A stretch of DNA of 64,000 bases from Obrimoposthia wandeli (taxonomy: Eukaryota): contig CDROCS010003914.1 of assembly GCA_977020255.1 (NCBI GenBank), positions 124,001 through 188,000 of the forward strand. Direction: 5' to 3'. The notes beneath the pieces were generated by a model. It saw only the letters and a list, made by a program, of their open reading frames with translations, did no database searches and was not told where the DNA came from. Below are positions 43,065 through 53,191 of the stretch, one piece after another. Position 1 is the first letter of the stretch; each line of letters opens with the position of its first letter. Position numbers and translations under genes: made by a program.

Positions 43065-43922
43065 TCCGCGCTGTCAGTTTTCTGCCAGCAACATTTTATG
43101 ATGATCAATAAGCTATCTACTCTAAAGTATCATTTTTGACGCTTTAAAATAGCGAGCTTACAAAGTTATTATTTGTTTGATTTTCAGTCTAAGTTATAGT
43201 GCAAATCTTAATTTATCGTAATCACTGTGGCTTGTCTATTAGCGTCACCATTTTGTATTTAATGTAGATATTAGATAAGAATTGACTAAAAAACGTCTCA
43301 GTAAGATGGATTGGTTTACTGAAAGGCAAGTATGCAAAAGCGTTTCAGCTTAAGCTTTAATTGCGAGAATTTTATCCTTGGTTGGAACTTGATCATTTAA
43401 GTCATTGAGCTAGGTGCAAAAATTGTTTTCCGTCATAGTCGGTTTCATCCAGTAGCTTGAGTCATAGAGTTTTGAATTATAGAATTTTGAATTATAGTCG
43501 CTAGCATTTTTAAACCCAGGGAATAACTACCCTGTTATTTGAATTTAAGGTTGTATGTGTTCAACGAGCTTGGGATATAACTCGAACCGAAAATAAGAAA
43601 GAGATTAGTAGATAATGCAGTTGTCGTAAGATATGGTCATAAAAATATAATGGGTAGGCGGGGATTTTAGCACTCAGACTTTACAGCCTATCGCCCATAG
43701 AATGTGAAAGGAGATTTGCGTAACCGTATCAAGCAAAATTTAATACGTAATGTTCTGGGTAGTAGTGCCAACGGTATGCACAAATTTTTTGTTATAGCGG
43801 GAGAAAGTGCAGGTCGAGCCTGTTTTTAACATAGTGTTATTGGGCATCTTTATTATCACTAAGTGGTTAATAATGATTTGTTGTAAACGCTAGTAAAATT
43901 TTATTAAACGAAGGAGTGTTCG

Positions 43923-44363
43923 ATGCAAACTGGAATGTACATAATTTTTGCGCTGCTCATAGGCGTTATTTCATCCATTTATATGCCGATGAACTCTTCT
44001 GTGGCTAAACATTTAGGATCGTCGTTAACAGCCAGTATTTCATTTTATTTCGTTGCGCTAGTGACGTCAGTTGTTATTTTTATGCTTTTTGGTGAGCACG
44101 AAACAATTTATAAATTTAAATCTGTGCCACCTTACTTACTTTTAACCGGGGTGTTTAGTGCATTTATTGTGCTTAGTATCACTTTTTTGATACCTATATT
44201 AGGCGTAAGAAAATTGACGACACTCACCATTGCAGGCTCGATTATAACGGCAATGATAGTCAGCCACTTTGGGGTGTTAACATCTCCTGTCGATCCCATA
44301 ACGTTTAAGAAAGTGGCGGGTGCTACCTTGCTGTTTTTAGGCGCTGTGATATCAGTAACTTGA
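43923..44363 (+). CDS. DMT-family small transporter (YdcZ/DUF606-like)
   Basis: 146 aa, highly hydrophobic; NSSVAKHLG, PPYLLLTGVF and MIVSHFG. Confidence 0.85.
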   Translation: MQTGMYIIFALLIGVISSIYMPMNSSVAKHLGSSLTASISFYFVALVTSVVIFMLFGEHETIYKFKSVPPYLLLTGVFSAFIVLSITFLIPILGVRKLTTLTIAGSIITAMIVSHFGVLTSPVDPITFKKVAGATLLFLGAVISVT

Positions 44364-44440
44364 GTAGTTGAGAGTCATTAAGAGTGGCTAGTCTCTCATT
44401 TATTCCATTTTAACTACTCTTAGCAAAACTGCATGCTGCC

Positions 44441-45286
44441 TTAAGACTCTCTTTTAAACTTGAGCTTGCGAAGAGGCGATAGCATTAGTAATGCACTAAA
44501 AATAAGGGCTATGCCGATAAGTTGTAAATTATCTAACGTTTCAGCCATCAAGAAAACTCCCAATAGTACTGCTACCAATGGGTTAAGTAGCGATAATAGT
44601 CCCATCACTTGTGTGCCTAATATTTGCAGAGAGCGCACCCACGCCCAGTAGCCATAAGCAGTATTTAATACAATTAACCATACTAAACCTGGCAAAGCGT
44701 TTATATCAGGTATAACAAAAGCACCCGCCACTAAATAGGCAAAAGGTAGCATCAAAACACCCCCTATAATGAGCTGCCAAGCTGCAATATTGAGCACATC
44801 ATTAATCACCAATCTTTTCATCCAAATTGAAGTAATTGACATAATACTGATGGCTGAAAACGCAGCGATCACTCCCCATAAATTAACGTCCGCTGTAGGG
44901 TTTAAAAGTAGCATAACGCCAAAAACGCCGACTAATGAGCTTATTATGTACTTTGCACTGGGCACAACTTTATAAATTAACCAGTTAAAAAACATCATTA
45001 CTAATGGAAAAGTGGCCCCTAATGTACCTGCGACTGATCCAGGTAATAAGTAAATAGCCGTGATTAATAAGGGAAAGAAAATCGCAATATTACCCAAGCT
45101 AATTAATAGCATGTCGCGCTTGCTTAATGTACACAGCTTTGGCTTTAGCATGAGCAGTATTATCCCAGCGGGTAAAGCTCGCCAGACTGCTAGCCATGGA
45201 GCAGGGATATCCAATAAAAAGAGGCCGATGATGGCATAACTTGTGCCCCAAAGGATGGGCACTGACATCGCAATTAAATAATTCAT
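44441..45286 (-). CDS. pecM: EamA-family exporter, PecM-like
   Basis: PILWGTSY, WRALPAG, AAWQLIIGG and LSLLNPLVAVLLG; divergent from a PecS-type MarR. Confidence 0.8.
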   Translation of the reverse strand: MNYLIAMSVPILWGTSYAIIGLFLLDIPAPWLAVWRALPAGIILLMLKPKLCTLSKRDMLLISLGNIAIFFPLLITAIYLLPGSVAGTLGATFPLVMMFFNWLIYKVVPSAKYIISSLVGVFGVMLLLNPTADVNLWGVIAAFSAISIMSITSIWMKRLVINDVLNIAAWQLIIGGVLMLPFAYLVAGAFVIPDINALPGLVWLIVLNTAYGYWAWVRSLQILGTQVMGLLSLLNPLVAVLLGVFLMAETLDNLQLIGIALIFSALLMLSPLRKLKFKRES

Positions 45287-45385
45287 GTTTACTCAAGTGT
45301 TTTGTTGGAGGTTGATTGAGAAACGACATAGACGTTCGGTTCTAATTTATCATGACGTTTAGCTGGGAAATATTGATTATGCAAA

Positions 45386-45469
45386 TGGCTTTTCAAAAAG
45401 TATCTTTTGCAAAAGATAAATATAATATTGAAACACTCACCATAAAGCAACTAACTTTTCAAAAAGATA
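45386..45469. promoter_or_regulatory. Three 18-bp PecS-type operators
   Basis: Perfect palindrome TATCTTTTGCAAAAGATA at 45401-45418; variants TAACTTTTCAAAAAGATA at 45452-45469 and TGGCTTTTCAAAAAGTAT at 45386-45403. Confidence 0.75.
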
Positions 45470-45492
45470 AAAGTATGTTTGAATAGATTCTT

Positions 45493-46002
45493 GTGTCATC
45501 AATTAATGAGCTAGCATTAATGAAAAAAGATCATGTAGCAAAAATCCTGCAGCAATGGGAGACTCAACGGCCTGATTTAGATTGCTCACCCGTTGCCATA
45601 ATTGGGCGTATCTCAAGAATCGAAAGAATAATGAAACCAAAGATTCAACAAGGCATGACACCTTTTGGCTTAACGGCGATAGAATTTGATATTCTGGCCA
45701 CCTTAAGGCGCAATAATTGTGTATTAACCCCCACTCAGCTCTATCAAATGGCGATGTTATCTTCAGGTGCGATGACGACGAATTTAGATAAGCTAGAAAA
45801 GCGGCAATTAATAAAAAGGCAGCATAGCCCCCAAGATAGGCGTAGTTGCACAGTTGAGCTAACCTCACAAGGCTGGGAATTAATAGAAAGTGCTTACCCT
45901 GCGCATCTTTGCAATGAAGAAAAAATGCTAGCGCCACTAGATTCACAAGAGAGGGCTCAGTTGGCAAGTTTGTTACAGCGCTGGTTACTAGCGAATGAAT
46001 GA
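45493..46002 (+). CDS. pecS: MarR-family regulator of PecS/urate-responsive (UrtR) type (probable start 45520)
   Basis: DHVAKILQQWETQRPDLD N-terminal helix, EFDILATLRR, SSGAMT and DRRS. Confidence 0.85.
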   Translation: MSSINELALMKKDHVAKILQQWETQRPDLDCSPVAIIGRISRIERIMKPKIQQGMTPFGLTAIEFDILATLRRNNCVLTPTQLYQMAMLSSGAMTTNLDKLEKRQLIKRQHSPQDRRSCTVELTSQGWELIESAYPAHLCNEEKMLAPLDSQERAQLASLLQRWLLANE

Positions 46003-46140
46003 TTCTTTTAATGAAGAATAAGTAAAAAAACATATTTATCCATATTGAATAACTAAATCGTAGCGGCTTTAATTAATTTTTATGCAATAGTATGCAAAAA
46101 TAGTGATATCTTTAATGAGGGTTATAACTTATGAAAAGAG

Positions 46141-47226
46141 TTGATCATGGCACTTCTTAATCACGAACAAGCAAAACATAAACAAATTAATCGAGCGATT
46201 GTATTAATTTTTTGGTTCAATGTAGCCGCTTGTTTAGTGTTTCTATATCAATTTGGCTTAGCCTACTCATCTGTTAGGCCTGTCGTACAGTATCTAATTA
46301 CAGCTATATTCTTTGTGATTTTTATGGGTAGGTATCGGTTATCACTTAAAATAAAGCTTATTTTTTTGGTTATTTACGGACTAATTACAACAACCGCAGG
46401 GCTGCTGTATGTAGGCACTATGACTGTTAGCCTGTCATTGTTTACTATCATTGTTGTGGTAGGTGCTCTTTATTACGAAAAGAAACAGCTATATATTTTA
46501 TTACTAGCGATAGCATCCATTCTCAGTGTTATTGGGTTCGCGTTTACCCAAGGTTATATTCAACCAAGAATTAAGCCTGGCCTGTTAATCGCTATGCCAA
46601 TTTACTGGGTTAGCTTTATTGCTTTAATGCTACTGTGTTTTTTTACTATCTGTAATGCCATAACATCTTATCGTAATCGAATAGATGAGTTATACGAAAC
46701 GATCGAATTGCAGAACCAGCAATTATTAAAGCTGGTGGCTACTGACCCGTTAACTAGTTTGGCATCATCGAGAGTGGTGGATGATAGGTTGCAAATGGCA
46801 ATCAAACACTGTGACAGGTATAAGATCACATCAGCGGTGCTGTTTATTGATATAGATAATTTTAAGAAAGTTAACGATGATTTTGGTCATGCTATTGGCG
46901 ATGCTTGCTTAAAAGAACTGGCAAATCGTCTCACCGCCAGTGTTAGAAAAACGGATACTGTTGCAAGGTTAGGTGGGGATGAATTTTTAGTTATATTGGA
47001 ACAGCTTGATATAGAGACGGGATTAGATGGAGTTTTACAAAAAATGTTAGATCGAATTCGCCAGCCAATCACTACTGACATAGGTACTATTAAAGTGACT
47101 TGTAGTATTGGTGTGGCAATTATCCCTCAACATGGAAATAGTATTGCTCAACTTAAATCCAGAGCGGATGAAGCGATGTATCAAGCTAAAAGATCTGGAA
47201 AAAACCGGTATAGTGTAGGAAATTAG
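46141..47226 (+). CDS. Membrane-bound diguanylate cyclase
   Basis: About 5-6 TM helices; LFIDIDNFKKVNDDFGHAIGD; RKTD I-site five residues before GGDEF. Confidence 0.93.
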   Translation: MIMALLNHEQAKHKQINRAIVLIFWFNVAACLVFLYQFGLAYSSVRPVVQYLITAIFFVIFMGRYRLSLKIKLIFLVIYGLITTTAGLLYVGTMTVSLSLFTIIVVVGALYYEKKQLYILLLAIASILSVIGFAFTQGYIQPRIKPGLLIAMPIYWVSFIALMLLCFFTICNAITSYRNRIDELYETIELQNQQLLKLVATDPLTSLASSRVVDDRLQMAIKHCDRYKITSAVLFIDIDNFKKVNDDFGHAIGDACLKELANRLTASVRKTDTVARLGGDEFLVILEQLDIETGLDGVLQKMLDRIRQPITTDIGTIKVTCSIGVAIIPQHGNSIAQLKSRADEAMYQAKRSGKNRYSVGN

Positions 47227-47707
47227 TTGATGCTAGAGCTTCGTCTCGATCGCTTGGCGTTAAATTTTGGATGGTTAAATGACACTTAGTAGTTTTTTGA
47301 AAAGCGAGCTTAGCTTGAGCTCAAGTTAACATCCGTATTATTAACTTAGACCAATTGATGGGTAAAACGAAGTATTTTGCAAATAAGAGAGAGGGCCATC
47401 TTAGTCTTCTCGATAGCATGCAGGTTTAACTATTTCACTGGCAAGCGTAAGCTTAGTTATTTTTTGGAATTCTTTTTCTACCACTGAAGCCTTTAAGGTT
47501 TAGGAAGGTCATTCATGTTTTTAAGTTCAAAGAAATTATCTATTCGCTCTAGTATCGAAACATAAAAGCGCTTTCCAGCGCAGTTATATCGTCTCTAGGA
47601 GTATCAGGGAAATCCAATACCATCCTAAGTTGACAGTCTAAGCTGTATTCTTAAGAAAAATGATTATTTCACCGCACAATGTTATAAAAAGTATCGAATA
47701 AAGAAAG

Positions 47708-47884
47708 TTAAACTTGGCGAGCATTTAACTGAGATTTGATAACTTGTTTAACTGTGCAGGCACACTTACCACACTGATCCGCAATGCATAGCTCTTTATT
47801 TAGATCGCGTAAAGATCTAGCACCTTGATCGATATGGGTTTTAATTTGGCTATCAGTTACGGCATTACAAATACAAATATACAT
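47708..47884 (-). CDS. bfd: Bacterioferritin-associated ferredoxin (58 aa), missed by ORF track
   Basis: Manual translation MYICICNAVTDSQIKTHIDQGARSLRDLNKELCIADQCGKCACTVKQVIKSQLNARQV*, with the C-x-C...C-x2-C Bfd pattern. Confidence 0.93.
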   Translation of the reverse strand: MYICICNAVTDSQIKTHIDQGARSLRDLNKELCIADQCGKCACTVKQVIKSQLNARQV

Positions 47885-47937
47885 AAATCAACTACTAAGT
47901 TAAGTTTTGGAAAGGACATAATAAGCCACATGTTAAT

Positions 47938-47956
47938 AATAACGATTATCATTTAT
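47938..47956. promoter_or_regulatory. Fur box between divergent bfd and bfr genes
   Basis: AATAACGATTATCATTTAT matches 13/19 of GATAATGATAATCATTATC; 54 bp upstream of the bfd start. Confidence 0.65.
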
Positions 47957-48126
47957 ATTGCAATGACTATTTATACTAATATTTTATCCATAGAAGTGAA
48001 TGAGAAACGAAATAAGAAAGATTATTTATATAAGTTATTGTAAAATATAAGTTTATTGATGGTTTTGTTCGTTGATGGTAGTCTGTTTACCAGTAAAGAT
48101 AGTGCTTTTAAGTGTTGGAGAAAATT

Positions 48127-48597
48127 ATGCAGGGTGATAAAAAGGTCGTAAGTCAGTTAAACAAAGTACTGACATTCAAGCTTACATCGATAAACCAGTA
48201 CTTTTTACATGCGCGTATGTATAAAAACTGGGGATTAGGCGAGCTAAATTCAAAAGCTTATAAAAAATCTATCAAAGATATGAAACAAGCTGATGAGTTA
48301 ATCGAAAGAGTGCTTTTTTTAGAGGGCCTGCCAAACCTGCAGCACTTAGAAAGATTACGCATCGGCGAACACACAGCTGAAATGCTTGAGTGCGATATGC
48401 AGTTGCAATACGAATTGATGAGCATACTGCGCCAATCAATCGCGTTGAGTGAAACACAGCAAGATTATGTTACTCGTGATGTACTAGAAGAAATTCTGGA
48501 GTACGAAGAAGAGCACGTAGATTGGATAGAAGCACAGCAATATCTTATCGATCAAACAGGTATTCAAAACTATCTACAGTCACAAATGGGAGAATGA
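48127..48597 (+). CDS. bfr: Bacterioferritin, heme-binding subunit with degenerate ferroxidase centre
   Basis: Met52 retained; ferroxidase positions are K18, D51, Q54, Q94, E127 and H130; GGAG RBS before ATG 48127. Confidence 0.93.
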   Translation: MQGDKKVVSQLNKVLTFKLTSINQYFLHARMYKNWGLGELNSKAYKKSIKDMKQADELIERVLFLEGLPNLQHLERLRIGEHTAEMLECDMQLQYELMSILRQSIALSETQQDYVTRDVLEEILEYEEEHVDWIEAQQYLIDQTGIQNYLQSQMGE

Positions 48598-48599
48598 AG

Positions 48600-49067
48600 A
48601 TGAAAGGCAGTGATAAGGTCATAGCAGAACTAAACACACTTTTAGCCGGCGAATTAGCGGCAATGGATCAATACTTTATTCATTCCTGTATGTACGATGA
48701 CTGGGGGTTGAGCAAGCTCCATGCACAGATTGCACATGAATTTGACGATGAGAAAGGACATGCAGAGCTGCTGATACAGCGCATTTTATTTTTAGAAGGT
48801 CGGCCAGATATGGTTACAAGAGATCCGATTAATATAGGGGCAGATGTGCCTGCTATGTTGCAATCTGATCTAGATATTGAATATGCAGTGGTTGCGGCAC
48901 TGAAAAAATCAATAGCACTGTGCGAAGCAGAGCAAGATTATCAAACTCGTGAAATACTTGAAAAACTGCTAGAAGATACAGAAGAAGATCATGCGTATTG
49001 GTTGGAAAAACAACTAGGATTAATAAGCAGAATTGGCTTAGCTAATTATCTACAATCACAAATGTAA
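48600..49067 (+). CDS. bfr: Bacterioferritin, ferroxidase subunit lacking the heme ligand
   Basis: E18, E51, H54, E94, E128 and H131 intact; K at position 52 instead of Met; translationally coupled to the first bfr. Confidence 0.93.
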   Translation: MKGSDKVIAELNTLLAGELAAMDQYFIHSCMYDDWGLSKLHAQIAHEFDDEKGHAELLIQRILFLEGRPDMVTRDPINIGADVPAMLQSDLDIEYAVVAALKKSIALCEAEQDYQTREILEKLLEDTEEDHAYWLEKQLGLISRIGLANYLQSQM

Positions 49068-49109
49068 TTTTTAGCAGCTAGAATCCGCTAACTTATTAGG
49101 TGTTGAAAT

Positions 49110-49131
49110 AACGAGCTTCGGCTCGTTTTTT
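49110..49131 (+). terminator. Intrinsic terminator of the bfr operon
   Basis: AACGAGC-TTCG-GCTCGTT followed by TTTT. Confidence 0.85.
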
Positions 49132-49153
49132 ATGCATTATATTTAAATGAGCT

Positions 49154-49305
49154 CATTAGTGTCCGGTTTAATTTTTGTTGCTCTCTAACTCATTGATTTT
49201 ACGTTAACGGAAAAACTCTTTAGCTAAAAAATATCTATTTATCCATGATAGAAAACCACAAATCAATGAGTTAGAGGGCTTACATTTTTTAACCGGACAG
49301 CAATG
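49154..49305. mobile_element. MITE-like non-autonomous element, 152 bp
   Basis: 46-bp terminal inverted repeats (35/46 identical, inner 17 bp perfect) flanked by near-identical 9-bp direct repeats AAATGAGCT / AAATGAGGT; no ORF. Confidence 0.7.
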
Positions 49306-49992
49306 AAATGAGGTACAATTTTTAACAGTAAATTCGCCTAACTATCCAAAATTAAATAGTCAGTGTTAAGTTGCAAATACAGGGCATTTTCTCTCCCTCA
49401 CCTATCAAGCGAATTATTTTATCTCGTTTGAATAATAATCTTTTGAAATTAACTACTACACCTATATTGCGTGTTTTTGATGATTATTAGCTGAGTAGGA
49501 TGTTAAAGGACAATTGAACTCACAATAGTAAAATGATATATGATTATAAGTGATTAAGTACCAATAAAAATAATAACTTAGTATTAATTTTATAAAATTA
49601 AAATTCTCCATATTGTATTTTAAATATTTCTTTCATGTTTATTTCTGTGATGAGGGTGCATTTTATGTTGCCTTTTTTATCTAATATGTTTTATTGAATG
49701 GTATAGATATAATAATTATATTGTTTTATAACGAATATAAAAAAAATAACGTAGAAACGTTCTTTATACTTCATTCTTTATTACAAGATAAAAATAGGCG
49801 TGAAAGCCGGTTATTTCAGTAAATATTTTTTGATAAAAGAATAAGCCTTTAGCTTAGCCAAAAATGTAAGCACTTAAGTACGATTAATTACTTTTTAAAA
49901 CGCAAGCTTAACAATATTGTATAACAAAGCTTCGACGGACAGAGTGTATTTTTAGTCAATTAGAATTTAACGATAGAATTAGAGGCACGTAG

Positions 49993-52900
49993 ATGAATAT
50001 TAGCTTGGGAAGTTTAAAAATTGGCCAGAAATTCATTCTTAGTTTTTTGGCTTTGGGGGTTATTCCTGCCATTATTATTGGCTTCGTCAGTCTTTATCAG
50101 GCGAATCAAGGTATGCAATCGTTGGCTTTTAATTCGCTGGAGGCAGTGAGAGAAATAAAAAAAGCCCAATTAGAACAGTATTTCGCAGCGAAGCAACACG
50201 ATGTTAGCGCGCTAGCAAGCGTTGCTGGTACTTTACGTACTCAAGCCTTAGAGAAGCTAAAAGCCGTTAGAGAAGTTAAAAAATCAGCGATAGAGAATTA
50301 CTTTCACCAGATAGAGTTACAAATTGAGTCATTTACTGAAAACGCCACTACCAAGAATTCGCTAGTAGAATTTAGAGATAATTTCGGTTTAATAAAATTT
50401 GTAAACAAGTTTGATGAGGCGGCTGTTGCAAAAATGAAAGCTGAATTGAAAGTGTTTTATAGTGAGAACGTTAACAAGTATTTCACGGAAAAATTAGCGG
50501 TTGACTCAAGTGCCGAAATTGGCAAATATTTTGCAACATTAGATGATGAAGCTATCGTTGCTCAATACTTTTACTTAGTGAAAAATAAATCGCCTATGGG
50601 TGAAAAGTATAAACTTAAACGTGGCTCCGATAAATCAAAATACTCAAAAGCACATTATAAATCGCATGCTGGAATACGTAACTTTCAAGATAAGTTTGGT
50701 TACGAAGATATCATTATGGTTGATGCTCGTAAGCATCGTGTAATTTATTCCGTTAAAAAGAATATCGATTATGGTGTTGATTTAAGTAAGGGACCAATAG
50801 CTGAAACACCCTTAGCTAAAATATATCAGAAGGCGTTAAAAGCGGGGCGAAAAGAAGCGTATTTAAGCTCAGATTTCGAAATATACTACCCTTCAGTTAA
50901 TTCCCCTCAAATGTTTATTGCGGCTCCAATGCGTCATTATGGGGGTGTCATAGGAGTGGTGATATTTCAAATCAATATCCAGCAATTAAATCTTGTTATG
51001 AGCGAGCGAACAGGGCTTGGAAAAACGGGCGAAACGTATTTAGTCGGTAGTGATTTTAAAATGCGTTCTGACTCAAGCTCAGGCGGTAATCGCACAGTAA
51101 TGTCTTCGTTATCCAATAAAGAGAACTCCACCGCTAACTCCACCGCTATAGAAAATGCACTAAACGATAAAACGGGTGCCGGTATCATCACCAATTACCT
51201 TAACAAGCCTGTTCTATCTGCCTGGGTGCCGTTACTGGTGGGTGGTAACAAATGGGCGTTGTTGGCAGAAATCGATGTGGCGGAAGCACTCAGCCCAGTG
51301 GATGAAGCGGGTAATGCTTTTTATCAAAATTACGCATCTCAATATGGGTATCCTGATCTCTATCTAATCAATCCAAATGGGTACGTTTATTACACAGTAT
51401 CTCAAGGGGAAGATTTAAATACTAATTTATTAACCGGAAAATTTAAATCCAGCAGTTTGGGGCAATTAATAAAAACGGTGAGTGACACCAAAAAATTTGC
51501 CTTTGCCGATTTTGCTAAGTATTCGGCAAATAATAATGAAGCGAGTGCTTTTATCGCGACGCCGTTAGTATCGGTTTCCGGTCAGCTTGAGCTTATCATT
51601 GCGCTTAAACTCCCCTTAAAAGGAATTAATGATATTACTGCAATAAGAGAGGGGATGGGTAATAGCGGTGAATCTTACTTAGTTGGGTCTGATTTTAAAA
51701 TGCGCTCGGATTCTTACCTTGACCCAGAAAATAGATCCGTAGCGGCTTCTTTTGCTGGTAATATCGAGAAAAATGGCATAAAAACTGAAGCGGTTTTAGA
51801 GGCTCTCAAAGGTAATTCTGGTACCAAAGTGATTACCAATGCTTTAGGTGTGAAAGTATTATCCGCCTACTCGCCTATTGATGTAGCAGGAGTCACTTGG
51901 GTATTAATGGCCGAAATCAATGAAGCGGAGGCTTTCGCAACTTCTGAAAACTTGAAGTGGATCACATTGATGATTTTATTGGTATCTATCGTTTTTATTG
52001 TCGCTTTCGGTGTGTTTATGGCCTCAAGAATTAGCAAGCCTTTAGTGAATGCCTCTTTATTAGCTCAGCAAGTCGCATCGGGTAATTTATCTACTGATAT
52101 TAAAGTTGAGCGCAAAGATGAAATAGGCCAGCTACAAGGGTCACTTAAAGAAATGAATGATGGTTTGAAGGTTATGGTTTCTAGAATTAGCGATTCAGCA
52201 GAACAGCAAGCCTCAGCGGCCGAAAGGTTATCTTTTATTACTAATCAAACGCGTACACACGTTAGAGAGCAAAATGAAGGTACAGAGCAAGTAGAACAAG
52301 CCATCAACGCTATGAGTACAACCTTTGAGGAGGTAAACGCTAGCACTAATGAAGTGTCGGATGCCGCTATACAGGCCAACCAAGAGGCAGAATTAGGCTC
52401 CGTGGAAGTTGAGAATACGATTACTTCAATACATAGTTTTTCAACTGAGATTGACCATATGGCTGAAACATTAACCGAAGTAGAAAAAGGGGCACACGAT
52501 ATTGGTGGCATTGTTGAAGTCATAAACGGCATTGCTAATCAAACCAATTTACTGGCATTAAATGCATCTATAGAAGCGGCCCGTGCGGGAGATCAAGGCA
52601 GAGGATTTGCCGTTGTCGCGGATGAAGTTCGCTCCCTTGCTAAAAGTACACAGGGCTCGACACTACAAATTGAAGAAATGGTCATCAAGCTGCAGAAGGA
52701 TGCTAAAACCTCTGCCGATGTGATGGGGCGCAGTAAAGAGCAATTGGTTAACGTTGTGAACCAAGCTGAAAACACCGGTTCTGCTCTAGTGCGTATTACC
52801 GATGCGATAAGCCAAATCAGGCTAGTAACAGAAAAGATTATGTCTGCTAATCAGCAGCAATCTATAGTGACCGAAGATGTAAATACAAACATCAAGCACA

Positions 52901-53016
52901 TTAGTGAGTTGTCTAAACAGACAGGGGAAGATTCAGATAAAATTCTTGAAGCAAGTGAAGAGCTAGCGCGTTTAGCCACTAGCTTACAGGAAGAAACTCA
53001 CAGGTTTAAAATTTAG
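49993..53016 (+). CDS. Large methyl-accepting chemotaxis protein with duplicated dCache sensor region
   Basis: 1007 aa; YLVGSDFKMRSDS occurs twice; two TM helices, [35 protein letters not shown]. Confidence 0.95.
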   Translation: MNISLGSLKIGQKFILSFLALGVIPAIIIGFVSLYQANQGMQSLAFNSLEAVREIKKAQLEQYFAAKQHDVSALASVAGTLRTQALEKLKAVREVKKSAIENYFHQIELQIESFTENATTKNSLVEFRDNFGLIKFVNKFDEAAVAKMKAELKVFYSENVNKYFTEKLAVDSSAEIGKYFATLDDEAIVAQYFYLVKNKSPMGEKYKLKRGSDKSKYSKAHYKSHAGIRNFQDKFGYEDIIMVDARKHRVIYSVKKNIDYGVDLSKGPIAETPLAKIYQKALKAGRKEAYLSSDFEIYYPSVNSPQMFIAAPMRHYGGVIGVVIFQINIQQLNLVMSERTGLGKTGETYLVGSDFKMRSDSSSGGNRTVMSSLSNKENSTANSTAIENALNDKTGAGIITNYLNKPVLSAWVPLLVGGNKWALLAEIDVAEALSPVDEAGNAFYQNYASQYGYPDLYLINPNGYVYYTVSQGEDLNTNLLTGKFKSSSLGQLIKTVSDTKKFAFADFAKYSANNNEASAFIATPLVSVSGQLELIIALKLPLKGINDITAIREGMGNSGESYLVGSDFKMRSDSYLDPENRSVAASFAGNIEKNGIKTEAVLEALKGNSGTKVITNALGVKVLSAYSPIDVAGVTWVLMAEINEAEAFATSENLKWITLMILLVSIVFIVAFGVFMASRISKPLVNASLLAQQVASGNLSTDIKVERKDEIGQLQGSLKEMNDGLKVMVSRISDSAEQQASAAERLSFITNQTRTHVREQNEGTEQVEQAINAMSTTFEEVNASTNEVSDAAIQANQEAELGSVEVENTITSIHSFSTEIDHMAETLTEVEKGAHDIGGIVEVINGIANQTNLLALNASIEAARAGDQGRGFAVVADEVRSLAKSTQGSTLQIEEMVIKLQKDAKTSADVMGRSKEQLVNVVNQAENTGSALVRITDAISQIRLVTEKIMSANQQQSIVTEDVNTNIKHISELSKQTGEDSDKILEASEELARLATSLQEETHRFKI

Positions 53017-53191
53017 CATCATATATTGATGAAGTGCTCTGCTTTGTTCATTTATAAGCTTCCTAGGATGATTTAATCTCAGGGAGTTTTAGATTAGTCC
53101 GCCATGCTAGTGATGAAGTCACCCTCCAGTTGTTAGTCCTTTACTTTGGAAAGGGTGATTTTAATACGTATTGATCAAACTTGTTAACAAG

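Noticed and set aside
43464-43497. 15-bp direct repeat (ATAGA[G/A]TTTTGAATT) x2.3
   Set aside because: Only two units with no spacers; not CRISPR-like; probably a local duplication in AT-rich DNA.
47290-47640. Possible decayed frame between the GGDEF gene and bfd
   Set aside because: Multiple stops and no identifiable homology.
47825-48043. 72-aa plus-strand ORF
   Set aside because: Overlaps bfd on the opposite strand and its Fur-box region; low-complexity AT-rich translation.
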